A DNA stretch of 64,000 nucleotides. It comes from the human T2T-CHM13v2.0 reference genome, Homo sapiens. The DNA is taken from NCBI RefSeq assembly GCF_009914755.1, contig NC_060933.1; one strand, written 5' to 3'. The notes under the pieces are model-generated. The model saw only the letters and a list, made by a program, of their open reading frames with translations. It was not told the DNA's origin and did no database searches. Below are positions 54,957 to 64,000 of the stretch, one piece after another. Within the stretch, counting starts at the first letter, position 1; every line of letters starts with the position of its first letter. The position numbers were made by a program, and so were the translations under genes.

Positions 54957-57671
54957 ATTCATATATTATTCATCAACCACATCACAGGTTTTCTATTCCT
55001 TCTATGATATAGGCAGTTCTGTGATCTCAATGGCCACAGAGGTATATGGTGGTCAAATATATCAATGTGACAAGTGAAATAAATTAGGGCTCCAGAACAA
55101 GAAGTCCTGGTGTAGTGATTACCTGAATCTTAAAATCAGTTGGATCTGAAGCTACCAGTTGAAGAAAGCATGTATAAACTTAAGGGATTTAATAACCTTC
55201 TTTAGATTCAGAAAAATAGAAAAAAAAAGACAGCATACACAGGATGGCTCTGAAGATTAAGGCAATGAATTACAAGCCCCTCAATACATAGTAGCTAACA
55301 ATATAATTATCATAATAATTACAATTATTGTGCAATAGGAACTTGAAGGAAAAGGCAGCTATTTCTAGAGTGCATCCTATACACCAGACATTCTGTTGGG
55401 CAATTAATTTGTAAATATAGTGTCATCATGTTACAACTATTAGGCTTTTCCTTTTTGAACATATTCTTTTCTATCTTATCTATTATTATTTTAAAAGTAC
55501 CGCTTCTTTAAATAAAAAATATACAAAGACTCAAATAAATAGCTAAATATCAGGATAAATAATTTAATACATACATTTTACCAGTATTTTTTTCATTCTT
55601 TGAAATTATGTTAGACTAGAGTAGTAAAAAAAAAAAAAAAAAAAAAAGGTAAATGGACCTAGAGAAGTTGGTATGGTGGGAACAAATTTTCTGACTTAGG
55701 AAGAGGAAGAACGGCCACCTGTGTTGAGGTCTGTGGAATATAATGGAAATCAGCATCAAACTCATCTTGAGTGTGCAACCCTTGCTGATGTGCCACCTGG
55801 GAATAGCTCATTATTTAACCATGCTCTACCTGCTGGAAGTCAGAAAAAGAAGAGTCAGATTTCGGATAGCTTTTTGTGGGAATTATGGCTCAAAGAATAA
55901 ACTTCAATCTCTAATCAAGATAGAATTAAACATATCAGCTTTGGTTATCCCATTCGCTGGTGCATCAGTGTACACACATTACTAGAGTGCACATTATCTG
56001 ATTTTATTTTCAGTACAACATTGAATGGTATATATTATCCACCTGCTTGCATAGGTGAATAACAGACTTAGTTTTCTCCATTTTAAGTGCCTTACTCAAT
56101 GTCACATATAGCAGTACAGATGGAATAAAGGTATGTGTCTAAACATGCTTTGATCTACTCAGAATTAATCCTGCAGTACTGTTATTGTTTTGCCCAGAGA
56201 AGTAATGTTGACAGAGCCCTTGGCATAAGAGAGGAAAAGACAAAAGGGAACAATTTTGACATTCAGTAAGATAATGGTACAAATTCATATTTTAAAACAC
56301 ATCCCATGTATGAAATACATGAATATTTTAAAATAATATTTAAGTATTATTATTAAAACATAAAAAGACAAGGCAAAGAGAATGAGAAAAGAGACTACAG
56401 GAAAAAACAAGCAAGGATTAGAAAGCAGATATGAGAAAGGTGAATTGTGAGACAACTATTTGATGGTGGGAAGCCACCCAGTTTACTCAGCAGAAATCTC
56501 AAGGGACTCAGTAATTGGTGACACAGATATGTCCTGAGTGATGCAGGGGTAAGATGACAATGAAATCAGAAGGGTTGTGCTACATCATTTTAAGAAGAAA
56601 TACACTCCCTAACGATCTCGTCTTCCACTTTGTACAAACAGCTGACTTGCTCTTTCTTTGATTCTGACATAAGATTTGGGAAACTATAAGGAGATTAGAT
56701 CCAGTTTAATGTGGAAGCTTAAGTAGAAGTTTACATATTAAGCATTTTGATGACCAGGCATATTTTCTCAAAAACCATGAATTGCTGGAAGGCAAGTGGA
56801 AAGTTAAAGGATTCTTCTCTGAAGAATCTAATTTGCTCAAGAGAAAAGACATTATATGCTAACATTGGAAATCCCCTAAAAACACACCTACAGCTTACTA
56901 GCCAAACTTACATGCATAAAGCTTTTAATGAGATTTTCAGGCTCATTTCTAAATATTAACAACTATTCTACAATCACTGAGGATAACTTTCAATAGGAGA
57001 GACAGATTATAGAGGAATGTAATTTGAAGGAAATAGAGACTTTATCAAGAGAAAATAGAGAAAAATGAAGAGGCAACATGAAAACTTGTCAGCAGTATTT
57101 ACGGATATTTAAACATGACTCAATTATATAACACAGTAATGATACTCCTGAATTTATAGATAAGATAAATGAAAACCTATAGACATACATCAACTAGAAC
57201 ACAAATATTCATAGCAACAAATTGTGATATATATATATAATAGAATATAATGCAGCAATTAAAAGGAAAAGACTATTGATATGAGCAAAAAAAGAATAAA
57301 TCTCAATATTACAATGCTTAGTGAAAAAATCAGACAAAAAGATACATACTGCATAATATAATTGACTTAACATAGTTTAAAAAGCAACTTAATATACAGT
57401 TACAGAAAACAGATCTATAGTTGCCTGAGGATCAGGATGGGGATGGCAGAGAGGAATGTGAAAGAAAGATTACGAAAAAAGAAAGATTTTTTGTTGTGTG
57501 GATAAGTTCCTTATGTTGATTGTGATGTGCCATTTAATGCATGTTAATTATACTTCAATAATTCTCATAATAAGAAAGTATATGAATTTTGATGTGGCAA
57601 ACTTTCAAACACATAGATTTTTAATAAAAGTGCCAACTAGAAGGATAAGGTATACTTCAGAAATAGGCTGG

Positions 57672-58020
57672 TGTTATGGGTTACACTGTGTTCCCCCAAA
57701 ATGCATATGTTGAAACCCTAACTTTCAGTGTGATTGCGTTAAAAGATAGGCCTTTTAAGGAGGTAATTAAGGTTAAATGAGGTCATAAAGGTGGAGGTTC
57801 TAATCCAATAGTCCTCATAAGAAGATGAAGAGACACCAGGGATGTGTGCAGAAGAGAAAAGGCCATGGGAGGACACAGCAAGAAGGCAGCCATCTGTAAA
57901 GCAAAGAGAGAGCTCCAGGAGAAATGAAGCCTTCTGACACCTTTATCTTGGGTTTCTGACCTTCAGACTGGGAGAAAATGAATCTACATTGCAAAAATTT
58001 TGTTTTTGCAGCCTTAGCAG
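57672..58020 (+). mobile_element. MLT1A/B MaLR LTR
   Basis: tgttatgggttacactgtgttcccccaaaatgcatatgttgaaaccctaa...aaggttaaatgaggtcat. Confidence 0.85.
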
Positions 58021-58377
58021 AGGAATAAAGATAGTGAAGGAGTGGTGAGGGAGAAAGGAAGGGAAAATTGGTATCTTTCAAGACAAGGAGGGATAAAAAA
58101 ATTTCAAAAAATATAAGATATATATATAGAGAATATATACATGCTCAGTATATATATATTCAGTAAGTTACTGTATCTGGATTCTGCTATATGACAGGAG
58201 GATACCATGAAGTTAGAGAGATTGCAATCCATTCCAATATACAAATCGTCAGGAAAAGCAAACTTATACTGATATATTAACAAAGAAAACAAAGAAAAAA
58301 GACACATTAAATCAGCCCTCCCCAATATAACAATTAAGCAAAAGAGAACTGTAAGATAAAACTCCAAACTGAATATA

Positions 58378-58619
58378 CACTTGGCCCTTGAACAACACAG
58401 GGTTTAGGGCTGCTGACCTCCTACGCAGCTGAAAATTTCCATATAAATTTTGACTCCCTCAAACCTAACACTAATAGGCTACTTGGTGACTGGAAGCCTG
58501 ATAACACAACAAATTAAGATATATTTTTTGTGTCATATGTTTATGTACTGTATTCTTAGAATAAAATAAGCAAGAGAAAAGAAAAATGTTATTAAAAAAT
58601 CATAAGGAAAATAAACTAT
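58378..58619. mobile_element. Tigger2/Tigger2a terminal fragment
   Basis: ta|cacttggcccttgaacaacac TIR followed by Tigger2-type subterminal sequence. Confidence 0.8.
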
Positions 58620-58820
58620 ATCAATAATTGTACATTTTAAAATAACTTATAGATTATAATTGAATATTTGTAACTCAAAGTATAAATGTTTGAAGGGATG
58701 GATAACTCATTCTCCATGATGTGCTTATTTCAAATTGCATGCATGTATCAAAACATCTCATGTACCCCATAAATATACAGGTGTGCTATGTACCCAGAAG
58801 AACTTAAAGAAAAATAAAAT
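58620..58820 (+). mobile_element. L1MA1/2-like 3' end
   Basis: Same 3'UTR motif as 25400-25600 (attctccatgatgtgcttatttc...catctcatgtacccc). Confidence 0.85.
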
Positions 58821-58959
58821 AATATTTTTATTTTTAATAAATTAATATTGAATTTTAATGTCCTATAAACCTAAAAGTATAAAAAATACACATGACAAAG
58901 AAAGAAACATAGTAAATAAACATGACATAATTATAACATATTATTACAGAGTTGGCATC

Positions 58960-59520
58960 AATCATTTCACCTTATCAATAAATATAAAGGGACTTAACTC
59001 TGTCTTCTTTTCGTTAAAACTAAATTTTAGTTTGGCAGGCAAAGCAAAATTCATGCTGTCCACAAGTAAAAACCTGAAAGCAGTGTTATTATGAAGAGCT
59101 AAAAATAAAGACATGAGTAACAGTTTACCATGCAAATAAAAACAATAAATAAGAGGTAGTGATACTGATATTATACATATAATTCAAGCTATAAAGGACA
59201 ATTGTGAAAAAGAAGGGTATATTCTAATGCTAAAAGCCACAGTCACAAGAAAGGTATAACACTTACGAATATCTATGTACCAATTCACATAGTAACCATT
59301 TTTTTGAAGCAGGAATTTTATGATATATAGAGGCATAACCAGAAACATCTAGTAATAAGAGACATTAATACGCTATTCTAAGTACGAAAGAGATTGACAA
59401 GACAAAAAATATTTAAGGAAATAGAAGATTTAAATAACATGAATGTTGACCTTGTGGACATTTATCAAACTGTATAAACTGAGAAGAGAAAATACAGCTT
59501 CTCAAGTGTCGGTTGAAAAA
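58960..59520 (+). mobile_element. Very old L1 (L1M) endonuclease-region remnant
   Basis: Degenerate atcaataaatataaagggacttaactct...atgctgtccacaag...aatatctatgtacc. Confidence 0.7.
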
Positions 59521-59693
59521 ACTTGAAATTATTAAACCGCACCATGACCACAAAATGACGCTTCCTCCTGGAAATCAAGAAATATTTTCCTTACTCCTGA
59601 TTTGCCCTGATCTATTTTTATGATTTCTGAATCAATAAAGTAGATCAAGTCTCAACATGGCTCACGTCACTTTGCAGGAAAAAAAAAAAAAAA

Positions 59694-60392
59694 AAAGCTG
59701 TAGGCCATTGCTGATGTATACCAAGAGAAACTGGGAAAACATTCCTGGGAATGTATCTTGAAGGTGTTGAACCGGGGAAAATACAGATTATTAATCTGGA
59801 TAAGGAAGAGTTTATTTATGGGGATACTTTCCCTTGACTTAGGAGTTAACATACTATACAGACATCTGGAATTAGCCCCAATATGCTGCTAGCCTAGCTC
59901 CTTGAAACATAAAGTGACAGCTTATTATAAAAGTGCTAGGAGCCAGAATTCTAAGGTATTGAAAAGGGATCAAAAAGCTAAAAAGTTAGACATGCTCGAA
60001 TAGATTAGTTACATAAGGGCAGGTTATTAGAAGACACACCATTCATCAGTTCAAAAAAAAATTTGCTCATTGGGGGACCACTGATAAGTGTGGTGGTTGC
60101 AGTCCTTGTAGGCAATGGTTAGCAGACGAAGAGGATTCCATGGAATTGTGCTGTTTTGTTAATGGAAATGGTAGGCGTCTGGAAACGCGGAGGCCAAATG
60201 GCAGCACTTAAGCATATGAGGTGAAGTGAACATGATTACTGTAGGAAACAGCAAATCCCTAATGGCAACAAAATGGCCCCAGCCTGAAGACATTTGTGAA
60301 ACTGTTAGTAGGTCAAGGTGTTTCTGGAGGAAAATATAGATGAGTAATCAACAAAGATATTGCTTGAATTATACAAACAAAAATGATCAAGA
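59694..60392 (+). pseudogene. Decayed ERV-L class gag remnant (HERV16/ERVL-E-like)
   Basis: Ordered motifs YQEKLGKHSWECILKVLNRG, LDKEEFI, EDTPF, RGGQMAALK, IDE*STKILLELYKQK. Confidence 0.8.
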
Positions 60393-60829
60393 GTGTTTGA
60401 AATAAAGACTGATGTGAACAAAAGGTATCAACCAAATGGTTAGATAAATAATTGTAATATACACATGAATTGGGATATCATTCAATAGTGAAAATATATT
60501 AACTCTATACAAGAAAGAAACTTAAAATATTATGTTGACATATATCACACAAATGTGCATTGTGTATTATTTAAAGGCAGCCAAAGGTGGATAATACATT
60601 GTTTAGGTATACTTATATAGGAATATAGAGTTTAAAATTATAAGAAAAGCGAGGGCATGTTTATGCAATGATGATCTTATAATAATTACCTTTGGTGACT
60701 AAGAGGATATTTTCAGAAAAGGGTAGACAAGAGGCTTTAAAGTTACCTGCAATGATCTGTTTATTAACCTGTGGTTATGGTTCAAATGAATTTCTTTCAT
60801 TAACATTCTAATTAAAGAAACTTATTTTA

Positions 60830-61160
60830 GGCTGGGCTCGAGCTCACACCTGTAATCCTAGCACTTTGGGAGGCTGAGGCAGGCAGATTGCCTGAGCTCA
60901 GGAGTTTAAGACCAGCCAGGGCAACACAATGAAACCCCGTCTCTATTAAAACACAAAAAATTAACCAAGAGTGGTGGCCCGTGCCTGTAATCCCAGTACT
61001 CGGGAGGCTGAGACAGCAGAGTCGCTTGGACCGGGGAGAAGGAGCTTGTAGTGAGCCTAGATGGCGCCACTGCACTCCAGCCTGGTCTAACCTGGGTGAC
61101 AGAGCAAGACCCTGTCCAAACAAACAAACAAACAAACAAACAAAAAACCAAACCAAAACG
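60830..61160 (+). mobile_element. Alu (J/old S) with (CAAA)n tail
   Basis: Full dimer; TSD-like cttatttt on both sides; ~10-bp insertion in cctggtctaacctggg. Confidence 0.92.
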
Positions 61161-61757
61161 AAAGGCTTATTTTAAAAATAATAAGAAAATGAATGTTGTA
61201 AGTGTATGTGCTTGGCAGACACAACAAAAATTAGAAAGTTGGTGTGCAAATGGTTGCAGATTTGACTAATGTAAGAATGTTCTATAACTACCTAATCTAT
61301 GATCCTTCCCTTCATCGGAGTTGCAGAGATTTTATTTTAAAGAGTGAAATATGGAGTCTTGTTTTTCATGAGCTCCCAGAATCTAGCAGGCATTTGGAAA
61401 GGTTTGCTTCTATTTTTGCTTTTCACTTTAGGGGCTTTCCTCAATGAACCCCTTAAATCAAGTGCATCATTACACTACTGCATGCTTGAAAAGTGCTTTA
61501 TATAGTGATTTTTATATATAAAGAGTATCATATATGATTTCATGTATGCCTCTTAATAATCCTAAGAGGCAAAGAGAGGCTCATTTTACAGCTGGTGTCT
61601 GATTCCCAGAGAGCGAACTGCTTTAAGGCCAAGATTAATCAGCGGATTGGAATTTAAACCCAGGCTTTCTAACTCAGCCATCTTTCACCTCATGATATAA
61701 CCTTATATTTTATATTCTGACCCCATCCTATTATGTTTTCTCTTCCATACCAGCTAA

Positions 61758-62087
<330 letters not shown>

Positions 62088-63469
62088 AGCCAGATTCTTT
62101 AATGTCTTTTAGTAATTTATATTGTCTATGAGTGATTAGCTACATGGATAATATTTATGTGGATAGTAGCGTAACTCCTAAGTCCTATTTTGAAGATTAC
62201 CTGAGAAAATAATTTTGGATTATGTATAAAATATAGTAAGAACAATATAAATGTTAACTTTTAGTAATAATGATCTTTTTTGCCATTTTTAATGCTGTTT
62301 ATATTTTTTCTATTGCTGTTTTATTTTAGATTGTAATGTTCTAGAAAAAAGAGCCTAGGTTCTTTAACATATATTAACAGTATTCATCTCACAATTTTCC
62401 TATTGAGAAATTAACAAGAATTCCATGCCAATCATCCAGTGAGTATCATACTTCCCCTTCTTCTAGCTAAGCCATATAGGTCTAAATGAAATTAAAACTT
62501 TCCCAAACTTTTAGTTAACTGTTCAGTTTGCAACAATTATGAGAGTAAAACTCAGTATCACTTTTACTTCAATTATGAGTAGAAAATACAGATATTGCTG
62601 AACTCATTCCACATTTTATTGTAGCCATAGCCAACTGATAGTAATCTGACAGAAAAAAATGATATAGTAGTTATTTAATAATGCCAAGAAACCTAGATTC
62701 TATTCTTGACTAAACTTGCCTTTGGATAAGTCATTTTCAATCTCTAGATAAGGTTTCTCATCTACAAAAATAGGTAGGTAGTTATATGCTAACTGATGTC
62801 ACTTTTAGAAATAAAATTTTAGAGCTCTTTCAGTGTAATGCAGTAATGAATGAATTAACTAGAGCTGAAAGCACATACACACAGAGAGACACAGTTTATA
62901 CACAGTTTAAACACATAAAGATGTGATTTACTGAGTATCAACATTCTTTGCTTCAAACATATATATTGGTAAAAACTTAAAACTAGAAAAATACAGCTGC
63001 CACAAATTGTTCTATAGGTTATTTTGAGAAATCCTTAGGTTAAACTGCTAAATGCTAGCAACAGACATATTTCTAGGAATGATTTTCTGAGCGTGTTCTT
63101 AGAATAGTTACAGACAAAGCAACATTTGCAGACTAGCCAAGAATCAAGGGATTGTGATTTTTGCGTGCTTTAATATTTTAAGTAATGTATTGATTTCATG
63201 GTAATGTTCTGATTTTATATTAGGTACAGTTAAATTTTATTTGTCTATTACTACGTTAGGCATATTTTTGAATTACATTGACCTTGCCCCCAACTCATTT
63301 TCTAGATGTTTGCATCCACTGGCATCTGTCAAAATAATATGAATATTTCTGTATCTTCTCTTTTCCATTTTTTTGTTGTTCTTGTTGTTATATCTCATAA
63401 TTGAGGAATAATTTACATATGTACTATGTATATCACAAAATTTATCTATTTTTAAGTAGGTATTAAGTT

Positions 63470-64000
63470 TTTGCTGTTGTATTATCATTCAAACAACCCA
63501 CTTTTGATACACAGCTACTATTCTCTTTCTCATTTTCCTCATGCCCTTTGGAGCAAGTTTTCTCTCCAATAGACAGCCCAAGGAAACAATTAATCTGTAA
63601 TCTGTGATTACAACTTTACTTTATCAAGTATGTAGTTTTTTTCTGTAGGACTTTAATTGAGCCCAATATATTTGAAGTTCAATCATGTTGTTGCATATAT
63701 CACTAGTTTGTTCATTTTATTGTTGAGAAGTAATATAACGTATGAATGTAGATTGTATTTTTTGCATTCTCCGGGTGAAGGTTATATGGATTGTTCCTGG
63801 TACTGGCTTTTGTAATAATGTTGAGAGGACATTCATTACAAGTATTTGTGGTGACAAATGTTTTTATTTCTCATGGTTAGATAACTAGTAGTCAAAGTAC
63901 TGTTTCACCTTCTAAAAATTAGTAAATTCTTGTCCAAAATATCTGAATCATTTTACATCCCTACCAACAATACACGAGAATACTAGTTTCTCCATACCAT
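63470..64000 (-). mobile_element. Old L1M (L1ME/MC) 3' region, runs off the window
   Basis: atccatgttgttgca-like, ttatttctcatggttagata and ttttacatccctaccaacaat antisense L1 motifs. Confidence 0.75.

Overview
AT-rich primate (human-like) genomic DNA with no CpG island and no recognisable known protein-coding gene. It is dominated by layered transposable elements: Alu/FAM/FLAM, L1, L2, MIR, ERV1/ERVL/MaLR LTR elements, and hAT and Tigger DNA transposons. Most longer ORFs in the supplied track are repeat-derived and the rest look like chance frames. The main signal not explained by repeats is three canonical AG/GT-bounded + strand micro-exons (464-518, 1474-1535, 2414-2460). They splice in frame into a signal-peptide-like peptide (MRKVQLVIVILLLGFCCPPLLGKRELASSIPGHQSTHPWEKYTPQEAIYL...), with a phase-compatible candidate exon at 40296-40378. 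Other notable structures: a 3'UTR-only retrocopy inserted into an old L1 (29070-31680), a HERV-H provirus collapsed to 561 bp with its TSD intact, a four-tier nested insertion with readable TSDs, a long GGAA microsatellite inside an L1MA, a two-LTR THE1 provirus, a long Charlie5-like hAT copy and an LTR-less ERV-L gag remnant. Repeat subfamily names come from recalled consensus sequences and need RepeatMasker/Dfam confirmation; boundaries of old elements are approximate.
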